Source of the DNA: Thermoplasmatota archaeon
Lineage (GTDB): Archaea > Thermoplasmatota > Penumbrarchaeia > JANQNL01
NCBI GenBank assembly: GCA_028279585.1
Contig: JANQNL010000123.1
Location: 2,808 to 66,807 of the forward strand
Reading direction: 5' to 3'
Length of the DNA stretch: 64,000 nucleotides
Position 1 is the first letter of the stretch, and every line of letters begins with the position of its first letter. The notes under the pieces were generated by a model. That model had not been told where the DNA came from. It worked only from the letters and a program-made list of their open reading frames with translations, and searched no databases. A program made the translations under genes and the position numbers. This document shows positions 27,172 through 34,695 of the stretch, in pieces.

Positions 27172-27834
27172 ATGTATGTTGTTGACAGATTCTCTCGCAT
27201 GACCAGACTAGATGCTGGTGTTCTCGGCATCTATGGGTTGTTCGCGGTAGGGATGTTGTTCTTTGAGTACACAGAGAGCATGCTCGCCTTGAACATCGTG
27301 TTCCCGATAACTGTATTGCTCCTCTGCGCTGTGTTCATGGCCCCGGTGTTCCTGGAGCAAAAGAAGCTAATGATCCTCTGGTGTGTGGGTGTGTTCGCGG
27401 CAACATGGGGTGTTGAGGTGTTAGGGGTCTACACCGGGGGGATCTTTGGTGTATACACCTATGGCGAGGCTCTCGGACCTGTCGTTGTAGGCGTTCCGTT
27501 ACTGATCGGGTTGTGTTGGGTCATTGTTGTCCTTGGCGCGGTCACCATCGCCAACGGCCTGACGAAGAACAAATGGTTCGCTGCTGGACTTGCAGCTCTG
27601 ATCGCTGTGGGATTCGACCTTCTGATGGAACCGCTCGCCCTGGAGCTTGGCTTGTGGTCTTGGCAGGGTGGGGGATTGCCACCGGTCCAGAACTACATCG
27701 GCTGGTTCGTGGTCTCTTTCGTTTGTGCTCTTGCATTCAACCTGCTCGGGGAGAGGACAACGAAGCCTCTGAAGATGGAGTACCTTGCAGTTCCATTGAT
27801 CTTCCTCATCGGTTCTCAAACGTTGAACGTGTGA
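27172..27834 (+). CDS. Integral membrane protein, carotenoid-biosynthesis-protein-like (DUF422/COG2324, CruF-type family)
   Basis: About 7 TM helices. GGIFGVYTYGEALGPVVVGVPLLIGLCWVIV and DLLMEPLALELGLWSWQGGGLPPVQNYIGWFVVSF match my recollection of the family's conserved G.(P)FG.Y.Y and D...(D/E)P.A...G.W.W...P..N..GW blocks. Confidence 0.55.
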   Translation: MYVVDRFSRMTRLDAGVLGIYGLFAVGMLFFEYTESMLALNIVFPITVLLLCAVFMAPVFLEQKKLMILWCVGVFAATWGVEVLGVYTGGIFGVYTYGEALGPVVVGVPLLIGLCWVIVVLGAVTIANGLTKNKWFAAGLAALIAVGFDLLMEPLALELGLWSWQGGGLPPVQNYIGWFVVSFVCALAFNLLGERTTKPLKMEYLAVPLIFLIGSQTLNV

Positions 27835-27877
27835 GCGGGGATAGGATTATATCCATTGTCCTGAATGTATTCTGCGA

Positions 27878-28687
27878 GTGTGGAGGATGAAGAAAGCTCT
27901 GTTCATTATCCCGGTTGCTGGTCTTCTTATCATTATCCTTTCCATCATTGCGATGGTGGCCAGTCCGTTCTTGCTTGTTCTAACAGCGGAGCCGAGGGAT
28001 ATCCCGGCTGAGGCAAGCGAGCAGTTCAGCTGTGACAACAATGGTCGTACCATACAGCTTGATGAACAGACCTATTACATCTGGTACGAGACCACCACTG
28101 GAGTTGACGATGACCCCGGTACCGTTACAGTATCTGACCAATATGGATCAACAGAGGTGATCTTGGGAACTGGCTCGACCTTCGATGAGACGAAGAACGG
28201 GCGCACCTTTGCTCGATATGGTTACATCACCATTGAAAATGCAGGGAACTATGAGTTCGAGACCACGAACAACTGTACCCTATATCTGACAGGAGCTTCA
28301 GACCTATCTACTGGCCAATGGGCATCTATGTGCACCTGTTGCTGTGGCAATGGTGGTTGTTTGTTCGGGATAGTTGTCCTCCTTGTTGGGATCATTGCTG
28401 TTATCATCGGACTGATCGTGGGAAGGAAAAAGAAACCCAAGCCTGCACCTCCAGTTGGTCCTGCTCCACAGGCTGATATGTACTCACGGCAGAGCTACTA
28501 CCATGGGAACCCGTATGAGCAGCCACAGCAGCAGAGCCAGAGGGATGGTGATTGGTGGATCGATGAGGGGGAGCAGGGTCAGGCTGCGCCGCCCAAGAGG
28601 CCGCCGCCGCCGCCTGGGTATCCGCCGAAGGAGGCTGGGGGGTTGGATGCTCCGAAGGAGGAGTATCCGAAGGGGGAATACTTGTAG
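27878..28687 (+). CDS. Bitopic/two-TM membrane protein with a beta-rich ectodomain, a juxtamembrane Cys cluster and a Pro/Gln/Tyr-rich tail
   Basis: N-terminal anchor ALFIIPVAGLLIIILSIIAMVASPFLLVL, then MCTCCCGNGGC directly before the TM LFGIVVLLVGIIAVIIGLIV, then tail ...AAPPKRPPPPPGYPPKEAGG. Confidence 0.65.
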   Translation: MWRMKKALFIIPVAGLLIIILSIIAMVASPFLLVLTAEPRDIPAEASEQFSCDNNGRTIQLDEQTYYIWYETTTGVDDDPGTVTVSDQYGSTEVILGTGSTFDETKNGRTFARYGYITIENAGNYEFETTNNCTLYLTGASDLSTGQWASMCTCCCGNGGCLFGIVVLLVGIIAVIIGLIVGRKKKPKPAPPVGPAPQADMYSRQSYYHGNPYEQPQQQSQRDGDWWIDEGEQGQAAPPKRPPPPPGYPPKEAGGLDAPKEEYPKGEYL

Positions 28688-28760
28688 GGTTTTGGAGCAC
28701 AATAGTTGGCGGTGCTGGCATATGCTAGGGAAAACATTCTAAGAGAATCCCCACCCCACC

Positions 28761-29062
28761 CCGGTCAGTTTCTGTCGTCAATTACTAATGTATCAGAAAC
28801 TGCCGGGCGCAGCTACGCTCAAGCGTCGTTGGCAAACGAGAGCGTGCAGCGCCCCCACTCATCTTTTAATGGCTGACGCTGACTATAAAAGATGAGTGGG
28901 GGTCACAGGTTTTCCATTGAGGTCGAGACCCAGGTGGTGGGATGACATGGGCGGCTTCACCCTTGCGTCCGAAATGCAGTGACCGAAGCGAATGAAAGGA
29001 GGACGGACGCGTGGATGATGCAGTGATAGAGCCGCCGAAAAGGTCTCTTTCAGGCGACCCCC
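28761..29062. ncRNA. Candidate structured non-coding RNA or regulatory region (class unknown): three strong hairpins plus a rod of four nested helices
   Basis: Hairpin CCGGTCAGTTTCTG/CAGAAACTG-CCGG (28761-28806). Perfect 17-bp stem CCCCCACTCATCTTTTA/TAAAAGATGAGTGGGGG (28852-28868/28886-28902). Nested pairs GGGGGTC 28898-28904/GACCCCC 29056-29062, GAGACC 28925-28930/GGTCTC 29042-29047, GGCGGCT 28950-28956/AGCCGCC 29030-29036, and GCGTCCG 28965-28971/CGGACGC 29004-29010. It sits in a 530-bp gap with no convincing ORF. Confidence 0.3.
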
Positions 29063-29205
29063 GTGTATAAAAAAACCGTGCGAGTGGTATATGAAGTTTT
29101 AGTATCGAGTTCGACTGTTGCGGCAAATGGCGTTTATATATAACCTCAATATGAAATGAAGGTCATTCCAAGCCTGTCCATAGCATCAATCGCCCACCAA
29201 TCTGC

Positions 29206-29215
29206 TTTTATATTT
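29206..29215 (+). promoter_or_regulatory. TATA-like box upstream of the beta-helix protein gene
   Basis: TTTTATATTT lies about 26 nt upstream of the in-frame GTG at 29236 (VRATVFLLAAILLFPLAAQA, a good signal peptide). This suggests a leaderless transcript starting at 29236 rather than at TTG 29218. Confidence 0.35.
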
Positions 29216-29217
29216 CC

Positions 29218-30807
29218 TTGCTACATATTCTGTCTGTGCGAGCAACGGTATTTCTACTAGCGGCGATCCTATTATTTCCACTTGCAGCGCAAGCCACTAC
29301 AGTGACTCAGGATAGCACCGGTGATCACACTTCCATCCAAGCCGCTATAGACGCAGCCTCATCCGGTGATACCATCGAGTTAGGGGCCGGGGTTTTCGCA
29401 GAATGCCTGGTCATAAACAAGTCGATAAACCTCATCGGCGCAGGGCCGAGCTTGACCGTCCTGCAAGGGAACCTTTCTTGCAATGTCATCGAGGTCACTG
29501 CCAATGACTGTACCATTAGTGGGTTCAGTATCACTGATGGAGGTTACGGCACTGGTATCATCCTGCAGGGTGACAACAACACCGTTACGAACTGCTGGGT
29601 CGTAGGGAGCATGTACGGCATCGCTCTGGGTAATTGCTCCCGGAACACGATCTCCGGATGCGAGGTGAACTTCAATGCAGCTGGCATCTACATGGGCAAC
29701 ACCCACTCGAACAATGTGTCCAACTGCAGCATGAACTACAACTACGCCCATGGGATCAGTCTCTACTTTGGGTTCAACAACACCTTCACAGACTGTGAGC
29801 TGAACTACAACGACTACGGCGCGCACATGTATTGGATCTCCAATGCGAACACCCTTTCAAGGTGCACAGCGAACAACAACTCGTTCGGATTCTACATCAT
29901 GGACTCGCACTTCACGACCCTGACCGACTGTATGGCCGAGGGCAACAGTGACTCGGGCTTTCACATCAGCAGCGTCGACGTGACCGTGACCCGGTGTTCT
30001 GCAAGCAACAACCTTGTGGATGGGTTCAACCTGTACCATTCTGACCATGCTACCATCACAGAGAACGTGGTGGATGGTAATGGCAGGGATGGTTTCAACC
30101 TAAGATACTCCACTAACAATATCATCAGCAACAACGCCATCATCGAGAACCTGGGCGAGGGAATCAGCGTGGACAAGGCATCGATGGAAAACACCATCCA
30201 CCACAACAGCCTCATCGCAAACTCACTCAACGCTAACGATGATGGAGAGAGCAACCTCTACAACATCAACTCCGGTGGAAACTACTGGTCCGACTACAAG
30301 GTCCGGTATCCTGGTGCGATTACAGATGGCATCACCTGGTCCACCCCTTACGTGATCGACGGCACCTCTATGGCAGACGATGAGCTCCCGCTTGTGAACC
30401 ACACCTTGAAGGAGTGGCAGCTCGACCTTATCGGTGAGCACAGGCTAAATGACCTCGATGATGACGGTGTCATCGACCAGGAGGACGAGCTACCAACAGA
30501 CCCCAAGGAATGGAACGACGAGGACGATGACGGATACGGTGACAACTCCGATGCCTTCCCTACAGATCCTGCAGCTTCCATGGACACGGACGGGGATGGA
30601 TACCCTGACCAATGGAACCACGGCTATGGGCTAGACGATTCTAACCTCACCATTGATGACTACCCCAACGATGATACAAGATGGGAGAAATCCAGTCCGA
30701 ACAACGAGGTCCCTTGGATATGGTTGCTCCTAATCGGACTACTACTTGCTATAATCACCATAGTGTTCGTCGCCATGATACTTGGCAGAAAGGACAGCCC
30801 CTTCTGA
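29218..30807 (+). CDS. Secreted, membrane-anchored right-handed parallel beta-helix (PbH1/NosD-like) repeat protein with a C-terminal Asp-rich Ca-binding (TSP3-like) segment and a TM anchor
   Basis: Signal peptide. Repeated ~22-aa beta-helix units (N.I.GC.V..N..GIY...S..N.V.NC...). DLDDDGVIDQEDELPTDPKEWNDEDDDGYGDNSDAFPTDP..DTDGDGYPDQWN. TM WIWLLLIGLLLAIITIVFVAMIL. The likely true start is GTG 29236. Confidence 0.8.
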   Translation: MLHILSVRATVFLLAAILLFPLAAQATTVTQDSTGDHTSIQAAIDAASSGDTIELGAGVFAECLVINKSINLIGAGPSLTVLQGNLSCNVIEVTANDCTISGFSITDGGYGTGIILQGDNNTVTNCWVVGSMYGIALGNCSRNTISGCEVNFNAAGIYMGNTHSNNVSNCSMNYNYAHGISLYFGFNNTFTDCELNYNDYGAHMYWISNANTLSRCTANNNSFGFYIMDSHFTTLTDCMAEGNSDSGFHISSVDVTVTRCSASNNLVDGFNLYHSDHATITENVVDGNGRDGFNLRYSTNNIISNNAIIENLGEGISVDKASMENTIHHNSLIANSLNANDDGESNLYNINSGGNYWSDYKVRYPGAITDGITWSTPYVIDGTSMADDELPLVNHTLKEWQLDLIGEHRLNDLDDDGVIDQEDELPTDPKEWNDEDDDGYGDNSDAFPTDPAASMDTDGDGYPDQWNHGYGLDDSNLTIDDYPNDDTRWEKSSPNNEVPWIWLLLIGLLLAIITIVFVAMILGRKDSPF

Positions 30808-33800
30808 TCATCCACGGCGTAGCTTGCTTACAACGATTATCACGATGAACACGATGACCAGGACCACGAGGCCGACCAGTGCGATGATTATGAGCATCAG
30901 GTTCACGAGCAACTGCTCGATGATGTCCATGTCCACGATGGTCTCCTCTTCCTCTGGCGGTGCAGAAGTAGGTGGCTTGGAAGCAGCATCCGATGGATCG
31001 GTTCCCCGGTTGTACTCCTCCAGATTGCTGAAGCCATCATTGTCAGCATCATACCCGCCGTCCGCAAGGTTAGGGTTCAGACCATGGTCCATCTCCCATA
31101 GGTCAGGCATGGTGTCCCCATCTGAATCTGATAGACTATCGATGACGACGACCGAGATCTCTGCCTGTCCGCTGTTCCCTGCAGCATCTGTGGCTATGAC
31201 CGTGAAGTAGTGTGTCCCGCCTGTGAGCTTTGCAGAGTCGAAGTTGAAAGATAGCGCACTGCCAGCAAGGAACGATGTGATGTCGGCACTATCACTATTG
31301 TCGATGACGAGCTCCACCATAGCGATGGTCGAGTCGTCGATGATGGTTCCCGAAAGGAGCAGCCCTTCACCCGAGATGTATGTGCCCTTGGGTGTCCAGA
31401 TGGTCACCTGTGGATCTATTCCATCCAGTGTGAAGCTGAACGTCTCCTGTGTGATATGGCCCACGACGTCTGTGGCCTGGAGTGTGAAGGTGTGCGTTCC
31501 GGGTCCAAGGCTGAATGCATCCCAGTTGGAGTGTGAGAACGCGTCTCCGGAAAGGCTAGACGTGATGTCAAGGGTCTTGGAGCCCATCATCACCTCGAGC
31601 TTCGATACTCCATAGTTGTCTGTGACTGTCCCGAACAATGTGACATCGTTGTCGTTGCCGTAGATCATCTCATTGGTCGGGCCTTTGATCATCAGGCTAG
31701 GCACAGTTCCATCGAGGTAGATCCTGACGCTGTGGTTGGCCTGGTTGTGGGCTGTATCCACAGCAACGACCTTGAGCGAACGTGCGTTCTGACCAAGGTT
31801 GTCCGTGGACAGGTAATGGCTCCAGACCCCATCACCAAGCTTTGGCATAAGGTCTACGGGGTTGACACCATCCACATACAGCCAGAGTCCTTCTATCTCC
31901 CTGTTGTCCGTGGCAATGCCCTTGACCTCTATCCTGTCTCCGAGCTTATGGACCGTGTCGGCCTGGGGTGAGGTGATCCGAACCTCCGGCGCTGTGCTTT
32001 CAAGGACCACGAGCTCGTGGCTTGCAGCATAGACGTTACCTGCAGCGTCAGTTGCCCTGACCGCCATTGTGTGGCTTCCATCATCGAGCCCGTTGGTGTC
32101 GATGGTGTGCGTGTATCCTCCATCTATCAAGGATAGTTGCTTAGAAGATGATTCTACCCAATCCACAAGGAACTCTAGGTTCGTGATGCCCACATTATCG
32201 GACGCTGTTCCCATGAAGGTCACGTCCATTCCCTTGCGGACCTCGAACCCGTCATTGGGGCTGTCGATGGTAACCAAGGGGTTGGTCACATCAGCAAGGG
32301 TTACGTCGAACTCAGTGCTCTTGTTCTGCTCGGAGTCAACGACCCTGACCTTGATGTTATGGGTGCCTGGGATAAGACCCAGAGTGTCCCAGTCGTAGTT
32401 CCAACCGGAGTAATCGCCAGTAGTGTCCGTGGTCTTTATCCACTCTCTACCATCTATCTGGACATCCACGGACGTCACCTCGCGGGGACTGAACGTGGTG
32501 CCTGATATCTTCACGACAGAGTCGAGGTCCAGGGTAGCGTCAGGGGAAGGTCTTGTGACCTCCAGCTCCAGACCGCTTATGACCTTCATTGTGATGTTGA
32601 CATACTTTGTGGACTCCTGTGCGAACCTGTTGGATAGGACCGCATACCAGGTATCATCTGTTGGGATGACGAAGGATGCATCTCCCTCGCTAACACGCTC
32701 CTTGACCTCGTAGGCATCGAACGGGATGTTGTTATCGAACCTGACATAGTTGAACCTGTCAGCGATGAAGAAGTCTATCTCGCCGTCGTGCTTGAAGATG
32801 TCCGATCTGTCCCCTGAATAGGCCGATCGGCCTTCGATGATGTGGGAGCGGACATCGAACTCCAGCTCCATTTTGAACTTGGCACCTGCTGGTGGGTCGC
32901 TTGTCCTGTTGGTCGCCATGAGGTTGTCCGCAGACTCTGGAAGGTTGAACGTGTGGGTGTAGGTCTCCCCGTCCACAGAACCCTCGATGAGCTGTTCGGA
33001 CCCTCTCTGTGGGTCCTCACCAAGCTCTGCAGAGGATGCTGTGACCCAGTAGTTGCGTGAATCTCCCACAGGGACCGTGATCATTCCGTTGGAGTCAGTG
33101 ATGGCCCAGGTGGATGTGGCCAGGGTTCCTTCCACGTGGAAGTTCTCTGTGCGTATGGTCACCATTGCGCCGTCCACAGGTAGTCCAGCATCGTCAAGGA
33201 CCTGGGCCTCGATCGTGGATATGCCCTCCGAATACATCGGGGTATCCTGGCTGATATGGCCATCTCCGCGCTGGGTCCAGACCGTGGTAAGGGTCTTCCC
33301 CCATCCGTTCTCGTACATCAATGGCCTGTCGATGGCCCCATCCCAGTGGATCCATCTGTTGTCCTCCCAGTAGTGGTTCCAAACATGGTCCTCAGCAGGG
33401 TTCGATGTCGCAAGGCAAGGAATGAGCGTGGTCTTTGCAGAGGAGCTTCGCATGTCCTGGTGCTCACCGCACCTTCCGATATGCTTCCTGTAGATGCGGA
33501 CCGGCTGGTTCGGCCGCTCCATGTCAGAGGTGAACTGCATGCTGCCCCCGACCCAGCTGTTGAGGCCGTGGATGGCATCTCTGATGTTGTATCGGGTTGC
33601 CATGACCTCGCTCAGTAGTGGGTAGCCAGTGTCGTTGTGGTACCAGAACCACTCCCTCCAGAACTCTCCATCCTCTGGACCAACGCCATAGTCCCTGTCG
33701 AACGGAGGCATTGATGTGAAATCATAATCCGGGTCCACGTATGTTGGGATCTCGTCAGACATCTGGGGGTGGACCACTCCCCAGTAGTAGATGTCCTTGT

Positions 33801-34377
33801 CAACCTCTTCCCACACACCATCGGATGTGTTGTATTCCACTGTAGTGTGGTCATCGTTCTCAACTAGCCTCACGTATGGGAGGAAGGGTTCGAGCTGATA
33901 GATCATCTGGGCATTGTGCTTGTAGATGACCGGGAACATGTAATCGTGAGTAAGGGTCTGAACAGGAGTGTGGGCGATACAGAAACCTATCTCGTCCCTG
34001 TACTTCTCCTGAGCGCCGTTGATCAATGAAGCGTAGGTGTCCCTGTAGTCTCCCGGGAGCTGCCTGAACTTGTATGTGAGGTTGTTCCTCATCCATTCAG
34101 GTACCTTGGCGATGGCCTGTTCCACAGTGTCTGGGAATGTGGGCTCCTGGGCCTGACCAAGCTGGAGGTTGCCACTGTCGAAGTACAGGAAGTATTCCTG
34201 TCCAGGAGGTATGGCTACTTCTACGTTGACGGTCTTGTATACCGATGGGTCATCATCTGGTGTCATCTCGTCTGCACTGGCATGGGGTAGGACCAGGAAG
34301 GCTGCGATAACAAGGCTCAACAGTGTCAGTAGGACCAGAACTCGCTTCATTCGAATGCCCCGGATGGGAATGGCCAT
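30808..34377 (-). CDS. Large surface protein (1189 aa) with a transglutaminase-like Cys-His-Asp core, multiple Ig-like domains, a TSP3-like segment and a C-terminal TM anchor
   Basis: HIGRCGEHQDM...AEDHVWNHYWEDNRWIHWD (Cys codon at 33469-33471). Repeated Ig-like modules (V.I.SP.....V..G..V.F.GTA.DN.GI..LE). DSDGDTMPDLWEMDHGLNPNLADGGYDADNDGFSNLEEYNRGTDP. TM LMLIIIALVGLVVLVIVFIVIIVV. The start may be M10 (MKRVLVLL, nt 34350). Confidence 0.8.
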   Translation of the reverse strand: MAIPIRGIRMKRVLVLLTLLSLVIAAFLVLPHASADEMTPDDDPSVYKTVNVEVAIPPGQEYFLYFDSGNLQLGQAQEPTFPDTVEQAIAKVPEWMRNNLTYKFRQLPGDYRDTYASLINGAQEKYRDEIGFCIAHTPVQTLTHDYMFPVIYKHNAQMIYQLEPFLPYVRLVENDDHTTVEYNTSDGVWEEVDKDIYYWGVVHPQMSDEIPTYVDPDYDFTSMPPFDRDYGVGPEDGEFWREWFWYHNDTGYPLLSEVMATRYNIRDAIHGLNSWVGGSMQFTSDMERPNQPVRIYRKHIGRCGEHQDMRSSSAKTTLIPCLATSNPAEDHVWNHYWEDNRWIHWDGAIDRPLMYENGWGKTLTTVWTQRGDGHISQDTPMYSEGISTIEAQVLDDAGLPVDGAMVTIRTENFHVEGTLATSTWAITDSNGMITVPVGDSRNYWVTASSAELGEDPQRGSEQLIEGSVDGETYTHTFNLPESADNLMATNRTSDPPAGAKFKMELEFDVRSHIIEGRSAYSGDRSDIFKHDGEIDFFIADRFNYVRFDNNIPFDAYEVKERVSEGDASFVIPTDDTWYAVLSNRFAQESTKYVNITMKVISGLELEVTRPSPDATLDLDSVVKISGTTFSPREVTSVDVQIDGREWIKTTDTTGDYSGWNYDWDTLGLIPGTHNIKVRVVDSEQNKSTEFDVTLADVTNPLVTIDSPNDGFEVRKGMDVTFMGTASDNVGITNLEFLVDWVESSSKQLSLIDGGYTHTIDTNGLDDGSHTMAVRATDAAGNVYAASHELVVLESTAPEVRITSPQADTVHKLGDRIEVKGIATDNREIEGLWLYVDGVNPVDLMPKLGDGVWSHYLSTDNLGQNARSLKVVAVDTAHNQANHSVRIYLDGTVPSLMIKGPTNEMIYGNDNDVTLFGTVTDNYGVSKLEVMMGSKTLDITSSLSGDAFSHSNWDAFSLGPGTHTFTLQATDVVGHITQETFSFTLDGIDPQVTIWTPKGTYISGEGLLLSGTIIDDSTIAMVELVIDNSDSADITSFLAGSALSFNFDSAKLTGGTHYFTVIATDAAGNSGQAEISVVVIDSLSDSDGDTMPDLWEMDHGLNPNLADGGYDADNDGFSNLEEYNRGTDPSDAASKPPTSAPPEEEETIVDMDIIEQLLVNLMLIIIALVGLVVLVIVFIVIIVVSKLRRG

Positions 34378-34413
34378 TAGGCTTAACTGATTTACGCTTT
34401 TTCTCTTAATTTA

Positions 34414-34628
34414 GTATTATGGTCTAGGTTGTACCTTCTCTGTATATAATTCTTACATGGATCTGATGGTAGGTCGGCTAACCGAACTCACTCCACAAAG
34501 CTGTGAAAAAGTAGAAGAGATGTCGATATCCAGGACGATATAAGCCGATTCCATGTCCTGGATATCGATCTTTATCGGTATTTTTTCCCAGCTTTGCATC
34601 GTTCGTTCGTATTATGGTCTAGGTTGTA
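34414..34628. repeat. 20-bp perfect direct repeat GTATTATGGTCTAGGTTGTA x2 flanking the divergent intergenic core
   Basis: Copies at 34414-34433 and 34609-34628 (195-bp period), inside the 318-bp region between divergent giant genes 30808..34377(-) and 34696..40875(+). Confidence 0.5.
34523..34568. promoter_or_regulatory. Perfect 14-bp inverted repeat (candidate operator or small hairpin RNA) between the 20-bp direct repeats
   Basis: TCGATATCCAGGAC (34523-34536), an 18-nt spacer, then GTCCTGGATATCGA (34555-34568). Both flanking genes point away from it, so it is not a terminator for either. Confidence 0.4.
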
Positions 34629-34695
34629 TTGAACTTAACTAAGTGAATATTTATGAACCCGGCCTACATTTCCCCCCTCACCACGGGGTGTTAAA

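Noticed and set aside
28740-29110. Attempt to assign the structured region (and 42333-42560) to RNase P RNA, SRP/7S RNA, tRNA or a C/D-box sRNA
   Set aside because: I could not find the conserved GAGGAAAGUCC / ACAGAA-type RNase P elements, an SRP helix-8 GGAA/AGCA motif, tRNA T-loop (GTTCGAATC) or D-loop signatures, or a correctly ordered C (RUGAUGA) / D (CUGA) box pair. The class is left unknown rather than forced.
28866-29126. 86-aa minus-strand ORF in the structured intergenic region
   Set aside because: The translation (…SSFHSLRSLHFGRKGEAAHVIPPPGSRPQWKTC…) has no protein-like features or start context. The region is better explained by nested RNA/DNA helices.
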